Positions 38,761 through 52,410 of a stretch of DNA of 64,000 nucleotides are shown here, piece by piece (the stretch's first letter is position 1; every line of letters begins with the position of its first letter). This DNA is from Narcine bancroftii (Eukaryota), in the NCBI RefSeq assembly GCF_036971445.1, contig NC_091470.1:106702001-106766000 (forward strand), read 5' to 3'. Below the pieces are notes generated by a model, which saw nothing but the letters and a program-made list of their open reading frames with translations, made no database searches and was not told the DNA's origin. Position numbers and translations under genes: made by a program.

Positions 38761-39961
38761 ATGCTTAGGGCTGTTTTCGACTGCATTGTTTCGCTGTGTT
38801 CACTTCTATCCAAGCTCGAACTTCTTTCTATTGGATAATGAAGTTTCTGCTCTAATTGTGACTTACCGACAGCCAAATCTGAAATAGTACTTGAAGCGTA
38901 ATTGCTGCTCTTTCCCATCTCCTTCCCCGAAATAGTAAAGCTTGAGCTGTCTCATGCCGTCATTTCTAAAAGAAATGACAGATGTTTCATTGGACAAGCA
39001 GCAATGACGCCTTGGTCTGGTAGGGATATGCCAATTGCATCCCATTCGTCAGCACTGAGTTTGATCATATTGTGTTTAGCATTTACAAAGCTATCCTGAC
39101 GGATTTTGGGGAACCCTACAACAGTTCGGTTTTTAAAATATAATCACATTAAGTTTTTTTTAACATGTGAAATTTTTCTTCCTCAACCCCCACTTCATAC
39201 AGGTGGCCAATGCTGCCAGCTCGAAATTGGACTCCACTTTAAAATGGGAAATGCAGCAACGGTTTTGAAATTTGACTTTTTTTTTCATGAGAGAATTGAT
39301 TGTCCAAACTTTGATTTATCTAACATATATACTCTGAAATGGATTCATTTAAACACATTCCTCTACATCAAAAATATCATGAAGAAATCTGCTTTCGGAC
39401 TTCCCGGGTGTACTAGTTCCGAGATGGATTTGCTTCATCCGTCATTTTAACAGTCCCGAATAGGAAATATACTTTCTGGTGTCTCTCGATATCCAACATT
39501 GACGATGTTCGCCATAATTCCCGGACATTCCATCCACACATCTACCTGTTTTGATTTCTCATTTTCTTATTCACAATTTTTTGTTTACCTTTTATAGAAA
39601 TGTCTTGAACACATTTAAGAAACCCTGTTTCTTATGGTTTATTTAAAGCACAGCAAATATATTAATATATTTGTTTCGTTTTTGACTCTTCAATTGCGAC
39701 CCATGATTTTATTTAATGTGACCAGAGGACAAAATATTTGGCCACTGTAATTTTACCCTGAGGTGGTGGTGTTTGTGGAGAGCTGTGCCCAGAACAAAAT
39801 AAGTTTTGTGTACGTTTTAGGCCATTTCCTGAATGTGCAAGAACGGGAAGACACGAGATTTTATTATTATGTGGTTCCGATGTTCTTTACTCATCATCAA
39901 CCTTCCCAGCAGCTTGCCATTTCCCAGGTGACATTTTGTGGCAATGACATTACTTCCTCAC

Positions 39962-40276
39962 CTGAACACAGGACCCCAACGCCTCTGCTATTGCTGGAAA
40001 AATAATTCAACGCGAATGTGTTGCAATTACGGAGCTGCGATTCGGTTCCTTCACACTGGACTTCATTCACCCACACCGGCCTTTCACTCTCTCTATATAT
40101 TGAGGAGTTGTAGGCTGATATAGCAGAGCCGCAACCCAGCTCTGCGCACACTACGTTGGAATCATTGATACTCCAGACGTGATCCTGCACTCTCCCCCAG
40201 CTGCCATTGTGGTACACCTCCACTCGGCCGTCGCAGCGGCTTCCTCCGTTGGTCAGTCTGAGAGACCAACTTTCAT
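39962..40276 (-). CDS. SRCR domain 4 exon (DESWSLRLTNGGSRCDGRVEV...VGVLCS), lacks C2/C7
   Basis: 315 nt, tttgcag/gtgagg; six Cys. Confidence 0.95.
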
Positions 40277-41043
40277 CTGCAAAACCAAATATGTTGGGTG
40301 AACCGGTTAAAGTGAAACCAAAATATCCAATCAATTGTAAACTTTTGTCTGGGGAGCTGGCGGGTCTTTTTTTCCGCAGCACTAGGCTGCAAGTCATTTA
40401 GGCGGACCTACTTCATAGGTGACCTATCCGTGTCCAAAGTCAAACCAATTCCGATCAGTTTCTCTGCCCGATCTCGGATAATCCATTTAACAAGGGCCAG
40501 ACAGTCGATAGAACATAAATAGATTTTAAAGTCTTCTCGAAGTTTTCACAAATATTTGTTTTTTTCTAATATCCCGCAACACTTAATGATATTTATAAAC
40601 CAACCGTTTCCCATTCTGTTCCACTCCCCCTTTAAATGTTGGAACATTTTTTCTCATTGACCCAATGCACACTTCGTAGCAACATTTCAGTGGTAACGCT
40701 TACTTCAGCAACAGTCATTGCCTTGCCTTGCCTCTCTTAATAATAACCATATGACAATAGTGTGCAAACAATATCCAGTTCACCCAATCGCAATTTCTCT
40801 ATACCCTTCGAGACATGGCTTATTTCCCGACTTTACATGTTGGCTACAGATAGCAAATAAGAATTCCAGGCACTCAACCTACTTCAACAAAGAAGTAGAG
40901 CCTTTCACCTTTCATTGAGATGCAAAACACAAATAAGTTACACAATAGGACTATCAAATAATAGTTTCAAAGAAGTAGCTTGAATGCTCCTTCGACTGGA
41001 AAACACTTTCATTATTTCAAATCTACTAACTATGGCGACTCAC

Positions 41044-41358
41044 CTGAGCAGATGAGTCCAGAAATGTTTCCACGTGAACATCTAACATTATCCAAGGGTG
41101 AAAACGGGCAATCGGCAATTCGGGACTCGTTCCCCTGGCAGCGGTAGCCCTCCTTCCACATAGGTCCGGTTTCCTCACCAAATTGGGCACCTGATGGAGT
41201 TCCGATGACTGCACCGCACTGCAGCTGTTCACAGATCACGCTCGCACCTTCTAAACTGAAGTGCGCCTCACAAAGGGTCCACCACTGGTCTCCGTGTAGA
41301 ATTTCCACCCTTCCTGAACATCGGTTTTTCCCGCCAACTAGTCGAGGTCCATGGTTCC
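41044..41358 (-). CDS. SRCR domain 3 exon (GNHGPRLVGGKNRCSGRVEI...SGLICS)
   Basis: 8-Cys group B pattern; 315 nt, aaacag/gtgagt. Confidence 0.95.
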
Positions 41359-41529
41359 CTGTTTGAGTAAGGAATGAACCAGAAAACAATCCTTAAAATG
41401 GGAATGAATGAAAATTCAGATAGGTATTGCTTGATTTTTTCACTTTCTATTCGACGATTTTCCATGTATTACTGTTGAATAGGATGGTCTCTGGTTCCAT
41501 CTTGATCGTTTTCCTGAGATTGTTTTGAA

Positions 41530-44500
41530 TTTCTTTTTTTTTATTTAATTGTATTTCCAAATGCAAATTTATCACGACTTACTTCATTAAATATTTCATG
41601 TTGCCTTTCATAGACTCAATAAATTTTAAGCACACAAAACAATCCCTTCCAACACCAGTATAACAAATATATTCCATTTCTATTCCCCCCTTATCCCCTT
41701 CGAAACCTACCTCACCTCGCCCGCCCCTTCCCTGATACCACTCAAATTAAAGTATGTAAATTATACAGATACGAAAACCAGAAGTACTGGTGGGTCAAGA
41801 CCCCAACAACAACTAGGAAAAAGTCATAGAGAGAGAAAACAAATCACCAAAGGTAAGGGATAGTAATAAAAAAAAAGAATAATAGAGCACATCGTCTGCG
41901 CCACCTCTCTTTTCCTTGATCCTGTTCGTTTCTCTGTTGAGTCAGAGTTTTTCAATGTTCTTGTCCGTGGGGGGAATAGTCGTATCTGCAAACCAATATA
42001 ATTCAGATATGGTTTCCACACTGACTAATGTCATATTTCCTTCTTCAATTGTATGTTGTTTGCTCCAGGCGAAATCAAACTTTCCATTTCCATGTTCCAT
42101 CGTGTAAGGTTAATTTGACAGAATTCACCCTGACTGCTCTACATTTCCTGGCTACCGCCAAGGCGACCTTCCCAGGCTAAATTTTCTTCTTGGGTAGTAT
42201 AATATACACGTGCATAATCTTCCCCAAATGTATAATTCCGGATCTTGTGGAAAATCCACCTTCGTAATTTTTTTCAAAATATCCCCAGGTCCTCCCAGAA
42301 GCATTTCGCCTTTGTTCACAGCCAGGTTGAATGGATAATGGTTCAGTCGCAACGGCATACCAGAAGCACATTACTGAGATTTCTGTTTTAGTTTTATGTC
42401 GTTTTTGAGGTGCGAGGTGCAGTTTATGCAGAAACATGAAATGCCCCAACTTGTACCTGGCATTAATAACAGTTGTCATGCTGTCCAGACCCATATCTGA
42501 CCAGCACTGATCATGAATCATGATCATGAATTTTTGTGCTCAACTCCGATTCCCAACTTTCCCTTGACTTGTGTAAGATCACCTTTGTCCCTCACTTTGG
42601 AATATGAAATAGATCTTAGAAATAAACACACACATTGAATTTCGAATTAGTATCTCCATGTCACTACATATGGGCGTGGTCATAGATGGTCCCAATATAT
42701 TCATCAAAAATTACCTTAGTTGCAGATAGCAGAAAAACGTATGACAAATTATATTTATTTCTCAATTGCTCGAATGACATATGCTGCTCTCATTTGTAAC
42801 AATATGAGATACATCTGGTTCCTTTCTTGCACCAGGTGGCCAAGATAATATTGTGTATATTCACGGTTATTAAGTTTTTCTGAGTCAAGGACGCTTTGGG
42901 AGATCCCAACCTTAAATCCAATACATTGATTTATTCTATGCCATGTCTGAAGTACATGCTTTAATTTGGGTTTATCGGTTTTCTTTGAGATTAGCATAGT
43001 TGTCCCATTTATACATAAACTGCCTTGCTATCTTTTCACCTCCTGCATGTAGTCAAATTTGAGTCCATGAGGGAGACCCCTTCCTCAAAAGATGAGGCAA
43101 TAAACCTCCCCTGGACTGCCCAGTAATCGTTTTTTTCTCTTTGGGACATTTTATACACACCAATTAGTAATCCCAAGTCAATTTTACAATGGAGATTATA
43201 GCCACTTTACCATTCCACTGGAACGTACTGACACATCCGCTGGACATTGTAAATAACCCCTGGGACAATGGAATAGGTAATCACAGAAATAGATATTGTA
43301 GCTTTGGTATCACCTTCACTTTAGCACAGTTAACTTTGGTCACCAAAGTTATGGGCGAAGTTCTCCATCTACCAAGGTCCACTTTAATTTCCAGTGTACA
43401 AGGAGATAATTGTGTTTGAATAAGTTGCATAAATCCTTGTCTACTTTAAACACAGATACCTAATGTCTTCTTGTGGCCATTTGAATTAGCTTTCCAGTTG
43501 GTGTAATCGAAAATCCCCCTTTGCCAGAGGTGTGATCTCACGCTTGTCCAGTTTTATCTCATAGCCCAATACCAGTATGGCCATAAGCCTGACCAATGAT
43601 CTATTATGTGTCCAGCAAATATGCTAACACATGATCGGTGAATAGCTGATTTTCTGTTTCATCTGGCCCAGCTTGAAACCCTTAATGCCTGGACACCACC
43701 AAATGGCTTCTGCCCGTGACTCAATGGCTAACATGAACAGCGTTGGAGAAAATGGTCAGCCCTCTCTACTGGACCTACTCAACTGAAACACGGAGACATC
43801 TGCCCAATGGTAATAACTTAAGCTTGGGGTTTATAGACGAGTATACTAACCCAAATAATAAATGTTTGTCCCAGTCCATATTTCTCCAGTCCCTTGATCA
43901 GTAATTCTCATTCATTTCTCTTAAATGTCTTGTCAACATCCAGCGCTATGGCCACTCCTGAATCCATCCCTGAAAGTCCCAGATAGTAAGCAATCAAGCT
44001 ATGTTGCTTGCGGATTCCTCCACAAATCCAGCTTTATATGGATTCATTCTATTCAGCATTCTCTGTTGGTATTTTATTTCCTATTTCAGCTATTTCTTCT
44101 TCCAAATTATTGATCACCTTTATCTGCTTTGTTTTGAAACCGTTGGTGTATTCAAATAACTGGACCCTTAAATAAGCTTTCAATGCATTCATATTAGGAA
44201 ATTATCATCAGTAGAGGAGCGTTTCGTCTCACAGAAAAAATAAATCTATCTGAGTCCTAACAAAGCTATAAAGTTTTGGTTTACCCAACACAAGCTAGTT
44301 CAGGTGCCATCTGTACACTATGACCTGCTTATCTGGCATTATGAAGGATATAGCCAAGGGTCAATGGTCTTGCAGCAATTTCCCCCTTCCTTCTAATATT
44401 CTGATACTCATCTTCCTTCCTGTTTGTCTTCCATAGATATCTGGTAGAGAATATTGTGATCCAAACAAAACCTAAATCAACTAAAATATTATTGAGCAAA

Positions 44501-46230
44501 TAATTCAGAGAAATCCAGAACATTCCTCCAATTAATCCTTTCCCCTTCCCTTCTGTCCTGTGATCTACCACAGAACCTTGTCGGCACCAATCCCCAAAAT
44601 ATTACCACCAAATCTCCAGATATATTGGGGTGCGCCCATCTCACTCTTACCCTAGTCTCTCCACTTTTCTTCGAACTCCCTGTAATAATTCATCCTTTAA
44701 CATAACCATTATTCTATAGATAGTAACAGATTAAAATACAATGAAATATACCCCTCAATCATAACAGTTAGAGCATATACAATCAATAATTCAACCAACT
44801 ATCTATTTATATTTAGACCAGGGAAGGCGGCAGGGTTTCCACAAAATCCAATGCCTCCCGAGGGTCTGGAATAAGAAACCCCTCTTCTTCCCAACCACCC
44901 CCACTTAATATCTTTAAAATTGTTGGGTGAAGGAGGGTAAACTCAGTCCTTTCTTTCCTAAGATTTCTTTTAACCAAGTTGAATCCCCTTCTATTTGGCT
45001 AAACGAGTTCAATCGCTCCTGCATACTCCATAGGACCCCCCTCTCTCCTTCGCTTCCCTCGCCACCGCCCGTCAAATCCTACCTATGTTGTTGTTGCGAA
45101 GGAAGCTAACCAAAGCAGGTCTGGATCATTGGGTGGGGTGCAGGAGACCGGTGGGCCTACTCCATCTCCAGATTATTCTCAAATTTCTCCCTCCTCGACA
45201 GCTCAGGTCCCACCGGGTCTCTTTCCTCTGTATCCCCAACAACTCAACGATTTTAATATTGTTTCTCCTGCTACAAATTTAGAGAGCATCCATTTCCTCC
45301 CATATGCTCTCTTTCTCTTTCCACACACGTCCATCTCTCTTTACCCTTTTTTTTCCAACCTATATACTACTCTTTCTATTCTTTCCTCTGTGGATTCCAC
45401 CATTTCAGTTAAATTGTCTAGTCTCTCTTGGATGGCATCTTCCTTCTTCCATGCCACTAATTTTAATGTATTCTTCATCTAGTGGATAGCATCAATAATG
45501 TCTCTGGTCGAGGACACAGACCTCTGCCTCCATTTTCTTTGACTTTCTCTTTTGTTTCTTTCTTTCCACCTCCTCCTCCTTCCATTCGGACTCCTCCACT
45601 TCTTCTTCCGAAGTCTTCTCTGCCGTCCTCTTCATCCCAGCCCCTCCCTGGTCATGTAGCCCGACGTCTCGCGGGCCCATCGCCGCCGCCATCTCCTGGT
45701 CCCCACAGGGATCTGACTTACCAGGTGAGGGGTTCCCCCTTGTCGCCGCCGCCGCCGTCTTCACTGCCTCTCCAGGATGTGCTGCCCGCTGGCCTCCGCC
45801 GAACCTCCGTGGACCGCCCGACGTTATCTCGGCCTCCTCGCTCACGGCCCTCCCCAGGTAGCCTCGTCTTCCCTTTCCTACAGCTGCATGGACTTGTGGC
45901 CGGTCTCTTTCTCGCTTCCACCAAGAGGCGATCTTCTCTCGTTTTCTCTTCTGTCTTGATTCAACCCTTTTTCGTTCATCCCATTTTCTCTTGTATCTTC
46001 ATTATTTCTTCCGTGCTTTCATTCTTTACGTTTTTTAAAGGGGGTCTTCTTTTTCCTGTCTTTCCTCTGGGGAGCTCTGTTTGCCACCTACTGCCTCTCC
46101 GACGCCACCTTACACCATCTTTCGATTTCCTAATAATATCCTTATGTTTCTGTGCAGCATTTCGTTTTTCATTTATACTGAAACTTTGGAGTTCAGCAGA
46201 GCTCTGTTAGTAAATCATTTTCATTGCTTT
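41530..46230 (-). mobile_element. Degraded, internally deleted L1-type LINE filling the SRCR2-SRCR3 intron
   Basis: ORF1 motif RRNNIKIV at ~45245-45275; RT remnants (FQLSRSSR.G..FSP.LF.LAIE) at ~43700-43800; INARYKL..F.FLHKL 3' region; T-rich tail near 41530. Confidence 0.75.
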
Positions 46231-46539
46231 CTATTGGCGATCGCTTTGAAGCTCAGACGACTTTGCCTTGGTGGCAGATGGTTCGTTAATCGGTTGGAGG
46301 TCGTTTAATGTGGGTATTTTTAATTTCATACTTCTGAACATTCAATGAACAGTGTTGGCCAAAGAAACATGTTACATTATTAAGTTTTTATACCCAGGAC
46401 AATATGATATCAATAATACATAGCAATTTATTGTATCGATGCATTTTATGAAAATTTTATAACAGAAAATTATGGATGACCGAATGCTTTGTGCACGATG
46501 AAAGCCAAATACAGCAATATTTAGAAATCTGTTACTCAC

Positions 46540-46845
46540 CAGTACAGATCACATCGACACCATTTCTTTGACTGCAATGATGGGTTCCCGCAGAAAGTGG
46601 ACAGTCCGACAAAAATAGTTCTTCGCCATTACATTCCAAGCTCCTTTTGGACGCAGTTCCCTCTTCAAAATAAGCTCCGCTTTGCATAGATACGGCAACT
46701 CCGCATTGAAGATGACGGCACACCACATCAGCATCATCCATATCCCAGTGAGCGTCACATATCGTGTACCAGGTATCAACAAACATCACCTCCAGTCTTC
46801 CCGAGCAGCGATCATATCCGGATACTAATCTTGGTACTCTGTGTT
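46540..46845 (-). CDS. SRCR domain 2 exon (EHRVPRLVSGYDRCSGRLEV...VDVICT)
   Basis: 8-Cys group B pattern; 306 nt, ttctcag/gtgagt, phase 1-1. Confidence 0.95.
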
Positions 46846-47099
46846 CTGAGAAAGAAATGAACCACAGTCATGATAACACAAATTGTAAAGTCGGCTTACA
46901 GACGAGATCAGAAAATGCTGTGCTGAAATTAATGATGCTTCGGTCTGGACTGCTGCCGATGAGATTTCTCATCCTCATTCTTCCATTGAATTTATTTTTT
47001 GCGGGTGGAATAATTTTGACGCCCAAACGCATAGTTTCCTCTCCTTTTTTTTTCCCAAACTGAGATTATATTAAAAGAAAATACATAGCAAAGTCTCAA

Positions 47100-47500
47100 T
47101 AAAGGATACTATAATCCCATTCTAACAACCTCTGCCTCAGGGACACCTTTCCCACTTTATCCATTTCCATTAGGGTATAAGAGCTGTCCAATAACATTTC
47201 CTCCCTTCCTCATTCATTAAAGTCTGATCAAACGATGTCGAATTCTTCCCATTATTTCATGCTATCACCTCCATTATAAACCCTCTGGATTCGCTGGAAG
47301 AATGAAATTTACGTTGGGATAAACTCTGGCCACATAGGCTCAATTTTCCTGAACAAGTCTCCACTGGAGTCCAGTCCCATACAATCACACCTTATCTGAT
47401 AATATGCTGCGAACAGTTTTTCCCTCATTGTCATTTTCTTCCCAGATTCCGTCCCTCTCTTCCTTCCTTCCAATGTCTGCCAGCTCACATTTCCGGCGAC
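47100..47500 (-). mobile_element. Decayed CR1 fragment (EN-adjacent region)
   Basis: Decayed YRPPNS..E, GDFNFP.I.W and LDL.LGNE-like words. Confidence 0.5.
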
Positions 47501-50149
47501 AACTCTTGATTCCACCCATTCCCTGCAGTAATGAGCCTCCTCACCACATTTGGCTTTTAATTAGTGGCTCAGGGAGTATATGATGAGAGGTTGGCTCCAT
47601 GAATATTTTGGGTTTTGTCTCCAGGAAACACAGGAAGAAAGTTATTAAATCAGGGCGCCTAATAGTGTTCCCTGTTCAAATGAACTCCACCGATCAGCTG
47701 AAGTAAAGTAATCGATTTAAACACGAAGTAAAGTAATCGATTTAAACATCCTGCTGTATAAATTTGAATAAATATGAAATGTTGACACTTCTTACGAGAA
47801 TGTAACAGAAATAATTTCGACAAAGACTATGTCGGACGAAGTTCAAAAGGAAAGTCTGCAGGAGTTGTGATTGTCGTGCAATACACAGAAATGCTGGAGA
47901 CACTAAGATGCTGCGTGACCTGTTGAGTTTCTCCGGCAATTTCACGTCTGGGGATGATATATTTACAATATCTCCGGACAGAAATAGGCCCAAGTTAAAT
48001 TCTATGCCCTCTATTTCTCCTTCATTAAGTCAATCCCTGTAAATACTGGGGAAGTTAAAGAACTCACCTCTACAACAATATTGTCCGAAAATCTGCCATT
48101 AATTTGATTGTTGATATTTATTTATTTTTTAATTCGGCTGATTGAGAGGGCTCGGATCAAAACCTAGCGCAGTGATCGACCCTTTCTATCTTCGAGCAAT
48201 CTGTATCATCTGTCGTGATGTTCGTGTACATTGGTCTGTTGACGCGGATATCATTTATTTAAGCCCCCATCACGTTTGAAATTTCGATAATCTGGTCGGG
48301 TCTGCCTAATCTATGGCAAAAAGGGAACAACGAGGCCACTTATGATCTGAAGGAATCACAAGTAAACCCACTGCCCTGTTGAACTGAATATGAATCGAGA
48401 CTACAGCTCGCACTCAGGAATCCCGACTTGTTAACGTGTGAAACCCTGTGTATGTATAGGTATATTACCGGAAGCTTATTTGAAACCCCATTTTGAGATC
48501 TGGATTCGGCCTGTTAAAATCATCTTTGTTTTCCATATAATAGGAGATGGTTTGCTGTATAATGTTTTGCCTGCGATAAGGGAAATAGAAAGGAACTCTG
48601 TGGTGACCTGAACGAGAGTGGTTATCATCTGGAAAATACTGATGGGGCAAATTTCTTCGGCAAGACTGAAGTGGCTGATGGTAAGGAATCTGTTTTTAAG
48701 TGTCCAACGAACAAAACAATCTCTGAAAACCAAGCGGTAACCATTTACATTTCAAGCACCAAAGTCTCGTGAAGATTCATAAATTTTAAATCTATGCACA
48801 GTATAACAATTGCCTGATACCGGTAAACTTGGAGAAGTGGGAAATGAGTTTGAACTGTGAATCAAATATCTTTTCTGAATTTACACATACATACACATTA
48901 CATACACATTTGCTTAGATCTAAAAGGGTTTAACTTAGGTTAAGTTAAGTTCATAATAATAATTTAAGGTTTGATCCTGTTTTTATGTTTAAAGCTATTA
49001 AAATTTGTCTTGGTGCATTTCTATCGCTGCTGGGTTTTGGGGTCCTCTGGACCCTTAAAACATGGTGTAACCCAGTAGGATTCCTCCCAATAACCTCGCA
49101 CAATATAACTTTTAATCTTCAGCACCTATCGACGTTAACGCCGGTGCCAATTGAGTAGTATGTGTGCAGATTCCCAATGACTGAGAAGTCATATATAAGT
49201 CAAAGACTTCTCTCAATCAATTTCCTCTCTAACTGTCCTTTGTCTAATTGGTGCCTGCTCAGGACGTCCTGATGCAAACCCTCGATCCGGACAGCAAACT
49301 CAAAACCTTTGCTTCCACACCTGCTGTTTATAAGATGGGACATCTGATTTTGGAACCATAGCTTAATGGAACAGACACAGGCCCTGCAGCTCATCTAACT
49401 GTGCCAAATATTGTTCTGCCTAGGCTCATTGCCAGTGTGCGGACCATAGCACGTCAGTGCTTTACTTAGAATTACCAGGCAGAACAGTTGGTGAGGGTAA
49501 CAGAAAGATTGTTTTTGCTTGTACACACACCAAATGGGAATGTCTTCCAGAAGAATCATCTTTCCGGGTTCTTCTCACAGAGTCCTTCTCTTCTTAGCCA
49601 CACCAGGAAGACTAGACACCGCTCCTGGTTTCCACAGAGAATAAACTCAGACTACCATTTGAGAACCCTGCTAAGCAGCATATTCAGCAGTCTAATCGTC
49701 TGTCTAGCATTTTCTCACACTCCCCTATGCTACCAGCTCCCTCTCTAATTCTCTGCCCTTTTCCTTCCTGAGGTACCAGGCACCGTTCTTTTTCTTTCAG
49801 TTTGTAAATGTTGTAGTTTCAAGGCTTTTCAAAAAACACATGGACTCAACTCTCTGGAAATGATTCAGTTTCGGGGATGTGCTTGAACATGTTTGTGAAG
49901 CACAGATCTTTCTGTTTGCACCTGCCCTTGGAAATTTTCAAGACTTTGTTTTGTCTGTGAACTGCATGCAACCAAACAGCTAACCAACTTCTAATCCCTT
50001 TCATAAGCATATTTTTAATTAATCCATTGTATCACAATACAAGGTTCATCACAATGGTCGATAAGTTCACTGGGGGTCGATCTTCCATCGATTCATGACT
50101 TTACTGGGATCACAGCCATAAATTGGGCTCAATGGATTCGAGAAATCAC

Positions 50150-50532
50150 TTCTATCCAGCACATATCATCTTTGACCCACCCAACCCTCTTCATGGACCT
50201 CCGCAACAGACTCTACTCGCTGGCACCCCCTCTACCAACCCAACACAACGGACACCTGTCGAACATCCTCAAAGAGCTGGCCTCATCGGATTTCATTTTC
50301 TTCCAGCGTTGCCCGCATTCGTCCCCACTGAAGCGCCCGCATGAGGGTCGTATAAAGTCCTGCAGCGTTCAGGAAAGACTTTTACTTTGGACATTGCGAG
50401 GACGGCGGAATTATTTACAACAGATAGACTAAAACTAGCTCACGTGTATCTGGAACAACCAGAGAGGAGGGCTCAACATAAAGGGAGGGGTCGGACGCCC
50501 AAGCGGCGTAAGCCGGTTCTGGGGGCGGGGGT
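50150..50532 (+). mobile_element. Gypsy LTR retrotransposon 3' end (integrase C-terminal GPY/F region and PPT)
   Basis: PLKRPHEG..KVL..SGKTFTLDI...TDRLKLAHV...GR.PK, then purine tract gggggcggggg immediately before TG. Confidence 0.85.
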
Positions 50533-50785
50533 TGTGCGGTGGCGAAAGTGTCCTGCGGCGAACACGCTCCGCTTGTAATACCGCGCAGGCGGGGAACTCC
50601 AGGCAGATGGCGCTGTCGGGGCTTACTGATTACCGGGTGCATGAGGCCATTGCTCGCGCCCCGAACAACGCGATGACGTCATAGCCACGTGGGGCCGAAC
50701 TGCCGTTGGCCTTAAAGGCGCGCGCGCGAAATTCAAATAAACGGTTGTCCTGAGGTGTTTCTGTGTGTGAAGCAGCCGGTGCACA
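50533..50785 (+). mobile_element. 3' LTR of the Gypsy element
   Basis: Begins TGTGC right after the PPT and ends GCACA; contains ATGACGTCAT (CRE palindrome), ttaaa and AATAAA. Confidence 0.8.
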
Positions 50786-51073
50786 GTCCGACCTCTCACA
50801 GGAAGGACCGCAAACGGACTAGATTAAAGGGACCAGCGGAGGCCCCTCCGTCACGTGACCCTGACATGCAGATATGTTCTTGCTACTGTATCATCTCTCT
50901 GTATAAATCAGAGAAAATACTCAGTAAAAACCCACGGGAAAAGTGGAGATGGGGGGGGTGGTTGGGATTTCTGTTCATTTTGGGGACCCGCGAGACAGCA
51001 GATGCTGGAATCTGAAAAACACCACAAATTACAGAACTAACTCCAACTGTCAAGGATTCAGGCGGACGGTGGG

Positions 51074-51271
51074 NNNNNNNNNNNNNNNNNNNNNNNNNNN
51101 NNNNNNNNNNNNNNNNNNNNNNNNNNNNNNNNNNNNNNNNNNNNNNNNNNNNNNNNNNNNNNNNNNNNNNNNNNNNNNNNNNNNNNNNNNNNNNNNNNNN
51201 NNNNNNNNNNNNNNNNNNNNNNNNNNNNNNNNNNNNNNNNNNNNNNNNNNNNNNNNNNNNNNNNNNNNNNN
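51074..51271. other. Assembly gap (N run) in the SRCR1-SRCR2 intron
   Basis: 198 N bases. Confidence 1.
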
Positions 51272-51505
51272 NGTTTGTGTTTTGGTCCGTACGAACATGG
51301 TGCCGATTATTTACCGGTTCTCGGCGTCGAATTGAAACTGGAGCGAGTTCTCTAACACACATTGTGATCGCAATATAACAGTAATAATTCCCGTCAGAAA
51401 CTGGGTGTAAATTCACATCAGTCGCGATCAGTCGGTGGTTTTACATCGCGGTGTCGCGGAAATATTCAAGCGGTGGGACAGAAGTGAGTAAAGGCGGATC
51501 TTTAC

Positions 51506-51820
51506 CTGAGCAGATAACGCCGACATCGTAGTTGTGTGACCATCCATATAAACCCCATTGGTACGATGGACATTTCCGCAGAGCGGTCTCTCTCCCGGTG
51601 CACCGAACATTCAACGTCACGACTGGTCCGGTGCCCGGTCCAAAGTGAGCTTTGCGTGGGGCTTTCAGCGCGGACCCGCAGCCCGTCTGCCGACACACCA
51701 CAGCCGCATCGTTCATGTCCCAGCCGTCATCATCCACAGTTCCCCAGACACCCTGGTGGGAAACCTCCACTCTCCCGGCGCACGGACTTCCCCCATTCAC
51801 CAGCCTCAACACGTCGCTCT
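51506..51820 (-). CDS. SRCR domain 1 exon (ESDVLRLVNGGSPCAGRVEV...DVGVICS), 6-Cys variant
   Basis: SRCR signature GRVEV..WGTV.DD.WD...A.VVCRQ.GCG; 315 nt, AG/GT, phase 1-1. Confidence 0.95.
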
Positions 51821-52377
51821 CTGAAACAAAACAGAAACGTTAGGACCCGGCTCGCCCGCGGCTCATCCCCCCTCTCGGCGCCCCGCGCTCCCAGCTCACA
51901 CCCGCTCACACACTCAACGTTCACACATCTTCCACGGCAGTGCCAGTCTGTGGTATAGCCCGAATAAACTGCCTAAAGTGTCGAGAACAGGCAGTCTGGT
52001 GAATGTCCTGAGAACCGCGTATCTCCCGGTTATTCCAGGGGAGAAGGCGGCCCCCAGGACGAAAAGAGCGTGGCCGTTTGCACACGATGGAAAGCGTTTC
52101 GGTTGTAGCCAGATCCGATTGACCTGTAGTGGACCCGACACGTGGTGGTTGCGTGATCGGATTAAGGGAATTGGGCATCAAAGCGTCGGCCTGTCTTCAA
52201 AAGGACCAAGGTGGGCTGAACTGTGCGAGTTCATTTGGTCAGCGGGGCAATAAGGTCCGGGCAGTGCACCGCGCCGTTTAAGAATGTCACCCAGGTGAAG
52301 GTCTCCGCTACAAATCCCCAGTAAGAACCAGTCTCAACAGCCCCAAACTAAACACAGTGAAGATTAAAAGACATTAC

Positions 52378-52410
52378 CTGACCGGTCAGCCAAACAGTTC
52401 CTGAGGCGAT
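52378..52410 (-). CDS. 33-nt exon (x-RLRNCLADRS), probable signal peptide C-region/cleavage site
   Basis: tttctcattgcag acceptor and gtaatg donor; phase 1-1, in frame with SRCR1; CLA|D resembles a cleavage site. Confidence 0.75.

Noticed and set aside
45482-46210. 242-aa plus-strand low-complexity ORF
   Set aside because: Antisense of the purine-rich L1 ORF1/5' region.
47700-47748. 25-bp direct repeat (aagtaaagtaatcgatttaaaca x2), superficially CRISPR-like
   Set aside because: Two adjacent copies with no spacers in eukaryotic DNA; a simple slippage duplication.
48430-50040. Possible solo LTRs in the SRCR1-SRCR2 intron
   Set aside because: LTR-like composition and ends, but no TSD or paired termini I could verify.
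50883-51416. ORFs spanning X runs
   Set aside because: Artefacts of the N gap.
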